From Gammaproteobacteria bacterium (GTDB lineage: Bacteria > Pseudomonadota > Gammaproteobacteria > GCA-002705445 > GCA-002716945), in NCBI GenBank assembly GCA_029246085.1, contig JAQWOB010000010.1:1552-65551 (forward strand): 64,000 nucleotides of DNA. The letters are read 5' to 3'. Made by a program: the position numbers and the translations under genes. Of the stretch, positions 48,055 through 59,111 are shown in pieces (within the stretch, counting starts at the first letter, position 1; the number at the start of each line of letters is the position of its first letter). The notes under the pieces were generated by a model. That model saw only the letters and a list, made by a program, of their open reading frames with translations. It ran no database searches and had not been told where the DNA came from.

Positions 48055-48501
48055 TTAAAGTGATCCATTCAAAAGATACTTTAATATTTTAACAACCTGA
48101 TGTTGGTCTTTTGCAACTGCAGATGCAGATGCATCTACTTCTTTAAGAGCGTGCTGATGTTCATCACCATGGATAACAATAATTGATTTATTCAATGCCG
48201 AGGCATAACCTGCATCAAAAGCAGCATTCCATTGCTTATATTTCTCTCCAAACTTTACAACTACAACATCACTATCTTTTATAGATTTTTTAGTTTTAAT
48301 AGAATTAATACTTGCACCTTTATTATCTTTCCAAAAGTTTTTTTCTTCAGCTCCAAGAATTTCAACTCCACAATTATCTGATGACTCATGATTTGTATTG
48401 GGTGAAGAAAACTTAATATTTAAATCTTCTTTATTGCATAGTTTAATAATTTCTTCTCTCCAATCACTATGAATCTCTCCTGACAAATATACATTTAACA
48501 T
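48055..48501 (-). CDS. ytoQ: YtoQ-family protein (nucleoside 2-deoxyribosyltransferase-like fold)
   Basis: 148 aa. The N-terminus VYLSGEIHSDWREEI is characteristic of the YtoQ family. Confidence 0.5.
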   Translation of the reverse strand: MLNVYLSGEIHSDWREEIIKLCNKEDLNIKFSSPNTNHESSDNCGVEILGAEEKNFWKDNKGASINSIKTKKSIKDSDVVVVKFGEKYKQWNAAFDAGYASALNKSIIVIHGDEHQHALKEVDASASAVAKDQHQVVKILKYLLNGSL

Positions 48502-48522
48502 TTAACACTCTCCTTTGTTTTG

Positions 48523-49122
48523 TTAATTATCATTTTCATTAGCTATAAGCACAGGCATGCTTATAAATGTATTATCAAACAACTCAATTATATCATCATT
48601 ATTCATTCTAACGCATCCATGGGAATCTGGAGTGCCAATTTTATCTTCATGCGCTGTTCCATGGATATAAATATAACGTGAGTAACTATCAACGTTATTA
48701 CCTTTATTTATCCCATCTTCATAGCCTTTGAGCCATAATATTCTAGAAGTAATTACGTCATCATGTGTTGCAAAATGCTCATTACGTATATCAGTGTTTT
48801 CAGGAAGATGCAGGTCAGTTAATGTAAGATTATTTGCGAGAGGCTTTCTGCCTTTGAATATAGTCATTTTAGGCATATTTTCACCGATTTTATCAGCTAT
48901 ATAATGAAGCCCTAGTGGTGTCTTAAAAGAGTCATTCTCATTTCCAAGCCCAAACTTTGATGTAGATATAGGATAAGAAAATATTCTGATACCTTTCGAA
49001 ATTAAAAAAAGTATTTGCTTAGATGGTATTACTAGAATATATTTTTCTGAATTTATAGAAGGAAACTTTTGAGTGAAGATGCTTCCTGTTGCTTTTTTTA
49101 TTAAAAGCTCAGTCTCTGACAT
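48523..49122 (-). CDS. L,D-transpeptidase catalytic-domain (YkuD/ErfK family) protein
   Basis: 199 aa with the catalytic motif YIHGT....SHGCVRM. There is no obvious N-terminal signal peptide. Confidence 0.6.
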   Translation of the reverse strand: MSETELLIKKATGSIFTQKFPSINSEKYILVIPSKQILFLISKGIRIFSYPISTSKFGLGNENDSFKTPLGLHYIADKIGENMPKMTIFKGRKPLANNLTLTDLHLPENTDIRNEHFATHDDVITSRILWLKGYEDGINKGNNVDSYSRYIYIHGTAHEDKIGTPDSHGCVRMNNDDIIELFDNTFISMPVLIANENDN

Positions 49123-49125
49123 TTC

Positions 49126-50631
49126 TTAATACACCATAACGTCATCATCCGAATCTTCAGGATTTTTATTTTTAGCGGCATCATTCCTCAAGTCATCAAG
49201 CTTCTTGAGATACTCTTCTGTTACATCTTTCGTCACATATTTACCATTAAAACAAGACGAATCAAAATCTTTTACTATAGAACCTGAATCTTTAACTGAT
49301 TTAATTAAATCAGGTAAGTCTTGATAGATAAGTTTATCAGCTCCTATTAAATCAGATATTTCTTTTTCTGTTCTACCGTCAGCAGCAAATTCATTACTAG
49401 CCGGCATATCAATTCCATATACATTAGGATATTTAACTGCTGGTGCAGCAGATGCCATATATACTTTTTTTGCTCCAGCTTCTCTTGCCATATCAATAAT
49501 TTGTTTAGATGTAGTGCCACGCACTATAGAGTCATCAACTAATAATACATTTTTCCCTTTAAATTCAGATGCGATAGCATTTAATTTTCTTCTTACAGAC
49601 TTAGCTCTCTGAGCCTGTTCAGGCATAATAAAGGTTCTTCCGATATATCTATTTTTAATAAAGCCTTCCCTAAAGGGAACTTTAAGTGATACGGATAGTT
49701 CTAATGCAGATATTCTACTAGTATCAGGTATTGGCATAACGACATCAATATCATGATCTTTCCAGGTTCTAATAATTTTTGTAGCAAGATTTTGCCCCAT
49801 TTTCATGCGGGCAGTATAAACTGATATGCCATCAATAATTGAATCTGGTCTGGCAAAATAGACATATTCAAATATACATGGAGTATATTTAGTATCCTTG
49901 GTACATAATCTTGAATGAATATTTCCATTAATATCTACAAAAACTGCTTCCCCAGGCATGATATCTCTTTCAAGTTTAAATCCTGCGCTATCAAGAGCTA
50001 CAGATTCTGAGGCAATCATTGTTTCTACTTTTCCATCTACTTTTTTAGTACCAAAGCATAATGGTCTAATTCCCATTGGGTCACGGAATGCAACAATACC
50101 TCTGTCAGATATCAATGTAACAACAGCATATGCTCCCTTTACTCTACGGTGAACCCCTGCTACTGCATAAAATACATCATCAGGAGTAAAAGTTTCTTTG
50201 CTATGCAAATGAAGTTCATGTGCAAAAATATTCAAGAGAATCTCTGAATCTGATTTGGTATTAATATGTCTCAAATCTTCAGAAAACAGATTATTCTTTA
50301 ATTCTGCAGAATTTATAAGATTCCCATTATGCGCTAGACCTATTCCATAAGGGGAGTTTACATAAAATGGCTGTGCTTCTGATGAACTATCAGCTTGACC
50401 AGCAGTTGGATATCTAACATGCCCAATACCTAGCTTTCCCTTCAGTCTTGCGATATGTTTGGCGTCAAAGCCATCTCGGACTAATCCTAGTGATTTCCTA
50501 AGAGTTATTTTTCCTTCATGATTAGTAAGAATTCCAGATGCATCTTGGCCACGATGTTGCAGTACTGTTAGCGATTCATAAATATCGCGAACTACATTAT
50601 TTGTCCCATAAACAGCAACTATTCCGCACAT
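49126..50631 (-). CDS. purF: amidophosphoribosyltransferase
   Basis: 501 aa with an N-terminal nucleophile MCGIV (Cys after the initiator Met) and a PRTase domain. Confidence 0.9.
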   Translation of the reverse strand: MCGIVAVYGTNNVVRDIYESLTVLQHRGQDASGILTNHEGKITLRKSLGLVRDGFDAKHIARLKGKLGIGHVRYPTAGQADSSSEAQPFYVNSPYGIGLAHNGNLINSAELKNNLFSEDLRHINTKSDSEILLNIFAHELHLHSKETFTPDDVFYAVAGVHRRVKGAYAVVTLISDRGIVAFRDPMGIRPLCFGTKKVDGKVETMIASESVALDSAGFKLERDIMPGEAVFVDINGNIHSRLCTKDTKYTPCIFEYVYFARPDSIIDGISVYTARMKMGQNLATKIIRTWKDHDIDVVMPIPDTSRISALELSVSLKVPFREGFIKNRYIGRTFIMPEQAQRAKSVRRKLNAIASEFKGKNVLLVDDSIVRGTTSKQIIDMAREAGAKKVYMASAAPAVKYPNVYGIDMPASNEFAADGRTEKEISDLIGADKLIYQDLPDLIKSVKDSGSIVKDFDSSCFNGKYVTKDVTEEYLKKLDDLRNDAAKNKNPEDSDDDVMVY

Positions 50632-50641
50632 ATGCTATATC

Positions 50642-51133
50642 TTATATTTTTAATTCCAAACTATCAAAGAGTGAATTGCTTGTTTGCACATATTTTTCCA
50701 AAAAAGCCTGAATAATTGGCATAAATTGAGAATCCTCTATTAGATAATAATTTTTTAGATCTGTTTGATAGATTATAAACACAAAAAAAGTTAAAAAAAC
50801 AAAACCTTTGAGGGAGCCAAATATTAACCCAAAGACTTTATTATAATTATATAAACCAACAATATTGATAATTTTTGAAAATATAAATCCTAAAATAGCA
50901 GCAACTATAAATGTAATTATAAAAATAGTAATAATTGTTAGTATTGAGGAAATTTCATCAGATAAAATATAATTATTTATTAATTCAGAAGGTATATGAA
51001 AATATTTAATAGATAAATATACCGAAGATACCCAGATAGTTAATGAAACAATTTCAGATGCAAACCCTTTTACAAAACCTCTTATTGCCCAAAAAACTAA
51101 AAATAAAAGTATTGCAATATCTAAGGCTGACAT
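50642..51133 (-). CDS. cvpA: colicin V production protein CvpA (membrane)
   Basis: 163 aa with four TM helices. It sits between dedD and purF as in E. coli and Pseudomonas. Confidence 0.75.
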   Translation of the reverse strand: MSALDIAILLFLVFWAIRGFVKGFASEIVSLTIWVSSVYLSIKYFHIPSELINNYILSDEISSILTIITIFIITFIVAAILGFIFSKIINIVGLYNYNKVFGLIFGSLKGFVFLTFFVFIIYQTDLKNYYLIEDSQFMPIIQAFLEKYVQTSNSLFDSLELKI

Positions 51134-51576
51134 TAATTATTTAATCTCTCAACATTTCCAGAATAATTTAAAGAGTTTTTAATCTTAAGAGCTATTTTTT
51201 TTGCCATTTTCTTATCAATAAATGGACCTATTGCAATAGACTCAAAATTCTTTTTAGAACTCAAATTAATAATTGAAGTTATTCCTATTTTTTTTAAATC
51301 ATTTGAAAAATTACTAGTCAGCTTTTCTGAGGTTATACTCGGAAATGATATTATCCATGACTCAGAGATTATCTGTTTTAAAGGTATATCATCAGAAACT
51401 TCTACATCCCTATACTTTGTTATTTCTACTGAATCATTTTCTATACTATTCCCGGGTATATTTAAAGAATAAGTAATTTTATTGAAATTATAAATATAAT
51501 TTATTACTGGCGTATAGAAAATATATCCTGGAATAAATAATAAAGTTAAAACTAGATATGTATTTTTTAGTTTCAT
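51133..51576 (-). CDS. dedD: DedD-like SPOR-domain cell-division protein
   Basis: 147 aa with an N-terminal TM helix and a C-terminal SPOR-like region (..FESIAIGPFIDKKMAKKIALKIKN..). Its position between folC and cvpA supports the call. Confidence 0.5.
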   Translation of the reverse strand: MKLKNTYLVLTLLFIPGYIFYTPVINYIYNFNKITYSLNIPGNSIENDSVEITKYRDVEVSDDIPLKQIISESWIISFPSITSEKLTSNFSNDLKKIGITSIINLSSKKNFESIAIGPFIDKKMAKKIALKIKNSLNYSGNVERLNN

Positions 51577-52868
51577 TAAATAATGTCTTTATGCTTATTT
51601 ATTAATTCATAATAATCTAAAAATTCAGAGACAGTATAAAATGAACCATAGACAACAAGCCGATCATTCTCACCTAGAGATGCCATCGCCTGAGAACAAG
51701 CTTCATCAATACTATCAAATGTCTTAATATTTTTCTGATCGATTGCACTAGACATTCTTGTTTTGATCTCTTCTGAATTCATTCCTCGATTACTATTTAT
51801 TGTGCCACAGTACCATTTATCAACATTACTTATCATTGGTTTAATTAAACTATATACGTCTTTATCTTTTAATACACCTATAACTGCAATAGTATTTTTT
51901 TTACTTTCTTTGTCAAGATTATCCATTAACTTTTCGGCAGAGTCAGCATTATGGGCAACATCAATAACAATTTCAGGATTGGAAGATATCGTTTGGTATC
52001 TTCCCATTAATGATATATTGGTAATGCCATTCTCTAATAATTCAGTATTTTCAAGAATAGCTGGCTCTATAAGCTCTAATGCTTGCAATGCAGCAGCTGC
52101 GTGATTATATTGAAAATCACCCTTTAAAGGTAATAAAGGCAAAGTTAACTCCTTTCCAAGATTACTTTTCCAAGTCCATGTAGTATTTGAAATCTTTGTA
52201 AAAAAATCATTTTGATTATATAAAAAATTAGAACCATTTTTTTTTGCATAACTTAATAAAACAGAAGGAGGGCTCTTGTCAGCATAAATACAAGGCGCAA
52301 ATGGTCTCATTACTCCAGCTTTCTCTAAAGCAATGCTATCTATTGTAGTACCTAAAAACTCCGTATGATCTATTCCTATAGAAGTAATAATTGCTAAGGT
52401 TGAATCAATAATATTCGTAGCATCAAGTCTGCCACCTAATCCAACTTCAAGCACAACATAATCTAGATTTTTTTTACTAAATAAGTAAAAGGCAGTTAAA
52501 GTTGCAAATTCAAAATATGTCAAAGTTGTCTCACCTCGTAATTTATCAATTATTTTAAATGACTCTATTAACTCAGTAGAGGTTACCTCTTCTTTACCTA
52601 TCTTTATTCTTTCATTGTATCGTTTTATATGTGGTGATGTGAAAGTTCCAATAGAAAATTTATTTTCAAAAAGAATACTTTCCAATATTGCTACAGTAGA
52701 ACCTTTTCCATTTGTCCCAGCCACAATAATAACTTTATCAGCTATACTTTTAATGTTTAGCTTTTTATATACTGATTTAATACGCTCTAGCTTAAAGTCA
52801 ATATTTTGAGGATGGAGTGTCTGTTGCCAATCAAGCCATTCCTGTAAGTTACTTGGATATTCTTTCAC
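51576..52868 (-). CDS. folC: bifunctional folylpolyglutamate synthase / dihydrofolate synthase
   Basis: 430 aa in the Mur-ligase family with a P-loop ([10 protein letters not shown]). Confidence 0.85.
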   Translation of the reverse strand: MKEYPSNLQEWLDWQQTLHPQNIDFKLERIKSVYKKLNIKSIADKVIIVAGTNGKGSTVAILESILFENKFSIGTFTSPHIKRYNERIKIGKEEVTSTELIESFKIIDKLRGETTLTYFEFATLTAFYLFSKKNLDYVVLEVGLGGRLDATNIIDSTLAIITSIGIDHTEFLGTTIDSIALEKAGVMRPFAPCIYADKSPPSVLLSYAKKNGSNFLYNQNDFFTKISNTTWTWKSNLGKELTLPLLPLKGDFQYNHAAAALQALELIEPAILENTELLENGITNISLMGRYQTISSNPEIVIDVAHNADSAEKLMDNLDKESKKNTIAVIGVLKDKDVYSLIKPMISNVDKWYCGTINSNRGMNSEEIKTRMSSAIDQKNIKTFDSIDEACSQAMASLGENDRLVVYGSFYTVSEFLDYYELINKHKDII

Positions 52869-53724
52869 TGTTATAGTTACTCATCAAGGATGAAATAATT
52901 TCAGCTAATTTAGCTTTCTGGTTATTCCTATCTAATATAAAATCTATTGCCCCATGGTCTTGTAAAAATTCACTTCTCTGAAATCCATTTGGGAGTTTTT
53001 CCCCAACAGTTTGTTCGATAACTCTTGGGCCAGCAAAACCAATAAGTGCATTAGGTTCGCCTATGTTAATATCACCTAGCATAGCTAAACTAGCAGATAC
53101 ACCCCCCATAGTAGGATCAGTTAAAACAGAAATATATGGTAAACCTTTTTGGGATAAATCATTTAGTGCCGCACTTGTTTTGGCCATTTGAAATAAAGAA
53201 AATAATGATTCTTGCATTCTAGCTCCACCACTAGCAGAAAAACAAACAAGAGGTTTTTTTTCTTCAATGCATTTTTTTATAGCTAAAGAAAATTTCTCAC
53301 CAACCACAGAACCCATTGAGCCACCAAAGAATGAATATTCGAATATACATACAATTGCAGGGATTTTATTTATATTGCCTTTAAAAACCAACATTGCATC
53401 TTTTTCACCAGTCTTTTTTTGAGTAGATAACAGCTTATCCTTATATTTCTCTTTATCTTTGAAATTCAGCATATCTACTGGCATAATATTATCAAATATC
53501 TCTATCCTGTCTTCCGTATCTAAAATAATATCAGCTCTTGTACGTGCTGATATCCGCCCATGGTTATTACACTTTGGGCATACATTGAGATTTTTTTCAA
53601 ATTCTGCTCTATATATTACAGTATCGCAATTAAGGCACTTATGCCATAAGCCTTCAGGGACAGAGCCCTTACTTTCCTTCTCTGCTCTTATTCTTGATGG
53701 CAATATTTTATCTAGCCAGCTCAT
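52849..53724 (-). CDS. accD: acetyl-CoA carboxylase carboxyltransferase beta subunit
   Basis: 291 aa with an N-terminal Zn ribbon ([14 protein letters not shown]) and a CT domain. Confidence 0.9.
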   Translation of the reverse strand: MSWLDKILPSRIRAEKESKGSVPEGLWHKCLNCDTVIYRAEFEKNLNVCPKCNNHGRISARTRADIILDTEDRIEIFDNIMPVDMLNFKDKEKYKDKLLSTQKKTGEKDAMLVFKGNINKIPAIVCIFEYSFFGGSMGSVVGEKFSLAIKKCIEEKKPLVCFSASGGARMQESLFSLFQMAKTSAALNDLSQKGLPYISVLTDPTMGGVSASLAMLGDINIGEPNALIGFAGPRVIEQTVGEKLPNGFQRSEFLQDHGAIDFILDRNNQKAKLAEIISSLMSNYNSERISK

Positions 53725-54533
53725 TTCTCACCTATACTCTTATTTATGCTCATTAAAAATGACTTTATCTTTTTATACATTACTGCTTTATTACCCATAT
53801 ATTGCTCAATTAATTCTACTATAGAACTACCAATAATTATACCATCAGAAAACTTTCCAATATTTTTAGCAGTAATTCCATTTTTTATACCAAAGCCAAC
53901 CGTGACTGGAATACTGCCCTTAGATAGCTTCCTAATATGATCTACACTTTTCTTAATTGGTTTAAAATCTATAATAGATGACCCGGTTATTCCTTTTATT
54001 GAAACGTAATATAGATAACCAGTAGAGTATTTAATTATTTTTTTTAGTCTTTTGTCTTCTGTAGTGGGTGAAGCTAAGAATATCTGACATAAATTATTTT
54101 TAATCAAAGCACTATTTATTTCTTCTGATTCTTCTGGAGGAGAATCTACGAGTAAAACACCATCCACGCCTTTGCTCTTAGCTTGTATTGAAAATTTATT
54201 AAAACCCATGCATTCTATTGGGTTCATATAACCCATTAAAACCAAAGGTGTTTTTTGATTACTTTCCCTAAAAGCTTCAACAACTTTTAAAACATCTGAT
54301 AATGAGACATTTTTCTTCAAAGCTCTTTCTACGCCTTTTTGTATTGTAGGTCCATCAGCTATAGGATCTGTAAATGGAACACCTAGTTCTATAAGGTCTA
54401 CTCCTGACTCTACCATTAAATTCATTATTTTTAATGTAGATTTTAAATCAGGATCGCCACAAACTAAATATGTAATAAAAACAGTTCTTTTACTTTTTTT
54501 TTGTTGTAAAAAAAGTTGGTTGATTCTATTCAC
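53721..54533 (-). CDS. trpA: tryptophan synthase alpha chain
   Basis: 270 aa, TrpA family (..[17 protein letters not shown]..). Confidence 0.9.
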   Translation of the reverse strand: MNRINQLFLQQKKSKRTVFITYLVCGDPDLKSTLKIMNLMVESGVDLIELGVPFTDPIADGPTIQKGVERALKKNVSLSDVLKVVEAFRESNQKTPLVLMGYMNPIECMGFNKFSIQAKSKGVDGVLLVDSPPEESEEINSALIKNNLCQIFLASPTTEDKRLKKIIKYSTGYLYYVSIKGITGSSIIDFKPIKKSVDHIRKLSKGSIPVTVGFGIKNGITAKNIGKFSDGIIIGSSIVELIEQYMGNKAVMYKKIKSFLMSINKSIGEK

Positions 54534-55729
54534 ACTTCCATTCCTTGAAGAGATGCTATTGTGTCAATATCTTTATCACCCCTGCCTGATAAATTTACTA
54601 ATATATTTTTTTTAGATTTAGATTTAGCAATTTTAAAAGCATATGCTAGAGCATGTGCTGTTTCTAGAGCAGGAATAATTCCTTCTTTTTCAGTTAAATA
54701 ATAGAAAGCCTCAAGAGCTTCTTTATCGGTCACCGTCACATACTTAACTCTTTTGTTATCTTTCAACCAAGAATGCTCTGGGCCAACACCAGGATAGTCT
54801 AAGCCTGCAGAAATTGAATGGGTAGACTCTATTTGTCCGTTTTTATCTTCCATAATATATGTGCGATTACCATGCAATATTCCTGGCTTACCTTTGTTCA
54901 GTGGGGCTGCATGTTTACCTGTGCTTAGCCCATATCCACCTGCCTCTACACCAATAATTTCTACATTATCATTTAGATATGGATGAAATAGCCCTATTGC
55001 ATTAGAACCTCCTCCTACGCATGCAACCAAGATATGTGCTTTTTTATTAATTTTTTTCATTTGTTGTTTAGATTCATGACCAATAATTGACTGAAAGTCC
55101 CTGACTATCATTGGATAAGGGTGTGGTCCAGCTACAGATCCAATAATATAATGTGTATCATCAACATTAGTTACCCAATCACGCAATGCTTCATTTAAGG
55201 CATCTTTTAAAGTTTTAGAACCAGAATTAACAGCCACTACTTCAGCTCCTAATAGTTTCATACGATAAACATTTATCTTTTGTCTCTGTATATCTTCGCT
55301 ACCCATGTAGACAACACATTTAAGGTTATACCGAGCACATGCAGTAGCAGTTGCGACACCATGTTGCCCAGCTCCAGTTTCTGCAATAATACGTGTTTTC
55401 CCCATTGCCTTTGCAAGCATAGCTTGGCCCATCGCATTATTAATTTTATGGGCTCCAGTATGATTTAAATCTTCTCTCTTGAGATAAATATTACAATTGC
55501 CAAGTTCTTTACTAATTCTAGATGCATGATAGATTGGGGTAGGTCTCCCAACATAGTTTTTAAGCTCTCCTTTTAATTCTTTCTGGAAAGATGCTGACTT
55601 AGCAATCTTCATATAAGCTTTATGTAACTCACTCAATGGATACATTAATGTCTCAGATACATACTGGCCTCCATATTTTGCGAAATGCCCATCTCTATCT
55701 GGAAATAATTTATAATTAATCTTTTTCAT
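54530..55729 (-). CDS. trpB: tryptophan synthase beta chain
   Basis: 399 aa with the PLP Lys motif ([13 protein letters not shown]) and GGGSNAIG. Confidence 0.95.
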   Translation of the reverse strand: MKKINYKLFPDRDGHFAKYGGQYVSETLMYPLSELHKAYMKIAKSASFQKELKGELKNYVGRPTPIYHASRISKELGNCNIYLKREDLNHTGAHKINNAMGQAMLAKAMGKTRIIAETGAGQHGVATATACARYNLKCVVYMGSEDIQRQKINVYRMKLLGAEVVAVNSGSKTLKDALNEALRDWVTNVDDTHYIIGSVAGPHPYPMIVRDFQSIIGHESKQQMKKINKKAHILVACVGGGSNAIGLFHPYLNDNVEIIGVEAGGYGLSTGKHAAPLNKGKPGILHGNRTYIMEDKNGQIESTHSISAGLDYPGVGPEHSWLKDNKRVKYVTVTDKEALEAFYYLTEKEGIIPALETAHALAYAFKIAKSKSKKNILVNLSGRGDKDIDTIASLQGMEV

Positions 55730-56384
55730 AATTTTCTAACTCAGATATTCTTACATTTTCTATAAATTTTTTCATCAAGAGATGATCTTTTTTTCCAATA
55801 CTTGATTCAATCCCACTGCTAACATCAACACCCGGGGGGTTATATTTAGATATCAAATCTTTAATATTTGAAGGATTGAGCCCACCAGCAGTTAAATATG
55901 GAAATGACAAGTCTTTGTCAGCACAAAATTTATTTTTATTAAGAATCTCCCAATCAAAAGTTTTGCCAGTCCCTCCATAAGTATTGCCAGATGAAGTGTC
56001 TAGTAAAAAAGCATATGCATATTTAATAAAATCCATATTAATGTTTAATTTTGTATCTTCAATATGAAAAGTTTTTATGAAAGGTTTTTTAAAAAAATTA
56101 CAAAAATCAACTGACTCATGGCCATGAAATTGCAAGATATCAAAATCAAGATTTTTAATTATGTTATTAATATCTTCTTTCGACTGATTCATAAATACTG
56201 CTACAATATTTTTTTTCTTATCACATGCATTAATTAATTTTTCAGCTAAATTAAGATCAACGCATCTCGGGCTTTCTTTTGCAAAAATAATTCCTAAATA
56301 ATCAACATCTTCTATGCTGCTAGCATACTTGACATCATCAATATTTGTAATTCCGCATACTTTAATAAGAGTCTTTTTCATCAA
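55716..56384 (-). CDS. trpF: N-(5'-phosphoribosyl)anthranilate isomerase (monofunctional)
   Basis: 222 aa, PRAI family ([16 protein letters not shown]..). It is separate from trpC, as in Pseudomonas. Confidence 0.85.
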   Translation of the reverse strand: MMKKTLIKVCGITNIDDVKYASSIEDVDYLGIIFAKESPRCVDLNLAEKLINACDKKKNIVAVFMNQSKEDINNIIKNLDFDILQFHGHESVDFCNFFKKPFIKTFHIEDTKLNINMDFIKYAYAFLLDTSSGNTYGGTGKTFDWEILNKNKFCADKDLSFPYLTAGGLNPSNIKDLISKYNPPGVDVSSGIESSIGKKDHLLMKKFIENVRISELENYEKD

Positions 56385-56431
56385 TATATATTAACATGTA
56401 TTTTTATTAAGGAGTAAGTAATAGAGTATCT

Positions 56432-57214
56432 CTAGAAATATGGAAATTCATCCTCAGAATTGATATTATATTTCTTAGGGTAAGCGATATTTTTAAGATA
56501 TAAACCATTCGGTAAAACCATTTTTCCACATTTTTTTCTATCACGAGACTTAATTAATTGGATAATATGACTAGGTTCATACTTAGATGTGCCCACATCA
56601 ATTAATGCTCCAACAATATTTCTAACCATATGATATAAAAAACTATTCGCAGTTATATCTATATATAAAAAGTTTTTATATTTATTAATTTTTAATGACT
56701 TAATATTCTTAACTGGATTTTTAGAAGAACATCCAGATGCCCTAAAACAACTAAAATCTTTTTCACCCCTCAAGTATTTAAAGGTTGATCTAATCTTTAA
56801 AATGCTAATTTTGCTATTTAAATGTAAAACATTTGGAGATAAGTAAGTAGATGGATACTCCTGATTTAGAATAATATAACGATATGTCCTAGCTAAAGCA
56901 CTATATCTTGCATGAAAATTATCATCAACATGATATATATTTTTAATAATTATATCATTAGGGGTATTAGAATTAATCCCATTGAGCCATTTATAGTCAA
57001 ATCTTTTCTTATTAGTATCAAAGTGTACTATTTGAGAAAATGCATGCACGCCAGTATCTGTTCTGCCGGCACATATTGTATTTATCTTTTCATCTGCAAT
57101 TTTGGATATAGCTTTGTCTATATAATACTGTATAGTTTTTTCTTTATGAATTTTTTGTTTTTGCCAACCAAAATAATTAGCACCATTATACTCAATAGAT
57201 AGTGCAATTCTCAT
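56432..57214 (-). CDS. truA: tRNA pseudouridine(38-40) synthase
   Basis: 260 aa with the catalytic Asp motif (CAGRTDTGVHA). Confidence 0.9.
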   Translation of the reverse strand: MRIALSIEYNGANYFGWQKQKIHKEKTIQYYIDKAISKIADEKINTICAGRTDTGVHAFSQIVHFDTNKKRFDYKWLNGINSNTPNDIIIKNIYHVDDNFHARYSALARTYRYIILNQEYPSTYLSPNVLHLNSKISILKIRSTFKYLRGEKDFSCFRASGCSSKNPVKNIKSLKINKYKNFLYIDITANSFLYHMVRNIVGALIDVGTSKYEPSHIIQLIKSRDRKKCGKMVLPNGLYLKNIAYPKKYNINSEDEFPYF

Positions 57215-58086
57215 TATTTTAATTGCATAAATAGAAGTTTTGCTTCGTGCTTCTGATCTTCAGAACCATTTTCAACAATTTTTTTCAAAAGACTCTTGGC
57301 ATCCTCATTTTCACTACTAGCGATTAATGCTCTCGCTAAATCAATTTGAGAAATATTTTCATCACCTATGATTTCATCTATAGCGTTAGCTTTATTGATT
57401 ACATTATCTTGTTTTACCAAAGATTCAGCATCTTTTCTTAATCTCATTAGCTGCTCTTCATCTTTGGCGCGCTTCTCATCTCGGGCAGCATTATTACTGA
57501 TTATAGATATTGGATCTCTTGCTGATTTTCTTCTTGCTTTTTTAGATCTAAGATTTTTTGATTTAAATATATCAGCTGCACTATTAATTTCTTCTAATAA
57601 CTTCATAATAGAATCAGCTTTATTGTTTAATTTATCAATATCAGCTGAATAATTAACTGATGAAGTTTGAGTATCGCTATCGTTAGGTTTTAGCCCCTCA
57701 GGAACAGTAAGCAACTCTGACTGTTTTAAAACTTTTTTGTTAAGTTGAGTTATTTTATTATTTATATCTCTAAACTTTTCAGAAAAATATCCAATTATAA
57801 ATAATCCTGCTATTACATATAAAGGGTTAATCTTTTCATATGGTAATGAAATTATTAAACCACTTAAGTCTAATATCAATACACCTATAATATTTAATAA
57901 GCCTGATACTATTGGCAATATAATAGCAATTAGACTAGCTAAATTTTCTAAAATAATTACTTGCATTTCACCTAAAAGAATTAAGATGCTCGCTGTTTTT
58001 GAAGAATAATCAATCGGCCAAATACTATAAATAGGAATATATGCAAATAATATAATAATAATTAAAAATCCAAAAAACTTTTTCAT
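57214..58086 (-). CDS. minimal FimV-like membrane protein (FimV C-terminal domain only)
   Basis: 290 aa with N-terminal hydrophobic helices, a charged coiled-coil middle region, and a C-terminus IDLARALIASSENEDAKSLLKKIVENGSEDQKHEAKLLFMQL that matches the conserved FimV C-terminal motif. Its position between asd and truA is the same as fimV in Pseudomonas. Confidence 0.5.
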   Translation of the reverse strand: MKKFFGFLIIIILFAYIPIYSIWPIDYSSKTASILILLGEMQVIILENLASLIAIILPIVSGLLNIIGVLILDLSGLIISLPYEKINPLYVIAGLFIIGYFSEKFRDINNKITQLNKKVLKQSELLTVPEGLKPNDSDTQTSSVNYSADIDKLNNKADSIMKLLEEINSAADIFKSKNLRSKKARRKSARDPISIISNNAARDEKRAKDEEQLMRLRKDAESLVKQDNVINKANAIDEIIGDENISQIDLARALIASSENEDAKSLLKKIVENGSEDQKHEAKLLFMQLK

Positions 58087-59111
58087 TTAGCACCTTTTGT
58101 TAATTCTTCGGCTATCTGAACACTATTGAGCGCAGCACCTTTTCTAACATTATCAGCTACAACCCAAATATTCAAAATATTATCACTATTAAGAGATTTT
58201 CTAACGCGTCCAACATATACCTTATCGGTACCATGACCATTTATAAAAGCTGTAGGGTATTCATTATTATCTGGATTATCAATCAACTCTATACCTTCGC
58301 TATCTTTAAAGTCAGAGATAACATCCTTGATATCTATTGGTGACTCTGTTTCTATTGTTATTGATTCTGAATGACCAATAAGAACAGGAACACGAACAGC
58401 CGTAGCATTAACAGTAATATCTTTGCTTAAAATTTTTTGAGTTTCCCATACCATTTTCATCTCTTCTTTTGTGTATCCATTTTCACAAAAACTATCCACA
58501 AATGGAATTACATTAAATGCAATTTGTTTAGGATAAACCGAAGCCTTTATATCTTGTTGATTTAAGTACGAGTATGACTGCTCTAATAATTCATCAACTC
58601 CTTTTTTTCCTGATCCAGATACAGCCTGATAAGTACAAACATTAATATCTAGTATTTTATACCTTTCATGGATTGGCTTCAGTGCTACTAGCATTTGAAT
58701 TGTTGAACAATTAGGGTTCGCGATTATATTTGTTTTCACATGCTGTTCAATATCAAGAGGATTAACTTCAGGAACAACTAACGGGATATCATCAACATAC
58801 CTAAACTCTGATGTATTATCAATAATTACAGCACCTGCTTGTGCGGCAATTGGAGCATAAACTCTAGAAACGCTACTGCCTGCAGAAAAAAAAGCTATAT
58901 CAATATCCTTGAAGTCGTAATCATCTATAGCGATTACATCAAGTAAGTCATCCCCATATTTGACTTGACTGCCCTCTGATCTTTTACTGGCAACAGCAAT
59001 AATATTATTTATAGGAAATTTTCTAGAAGATAAGATTTCTAATAGAGACTCACCTACGATTCCTGTGGCACCAACAATTGCAATATTATATTTGTCTTTA
59101 ACTTTAAACAT
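58083..59111 (-). CDS. asd: aspartate-semialdehyde dehydrogenase
   Basis: 342 aa with an N-terminal NAD site (IAIVGATGIVG) and the active-site Cys (NCSTI). Confidence 0.9.
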   Translation of the reverse strand: MFKVKDKYNIAIVGATGIVGESLLEILSSRKFPINNIIAVASKRSEGSQVKYGDDLLDVIAIDDYDFKDIDIAFFSAGSSVSRVYAPIAAQAGAVIIDNTSEFRYVDDIPLVVPEVNPLDIEQHVKTNIIANPNCSTIQMLVALKPIHERYKILDINVCTYQAVSGSGKKGVDELLEQSYSYLNQQDIKASVYPKQIAFNVIPFVDSFCENGYTKEEMKMVWETQKILSKDITVNATAVRVPVLIGHSESITIETESPIDIKDVISDFKDSEGIELIDNPDNNEYPTAFINGHGTDKVYVGRVRKSLNSDNILNIWVVADNVRKGAALNSVQIAEELTKGAK

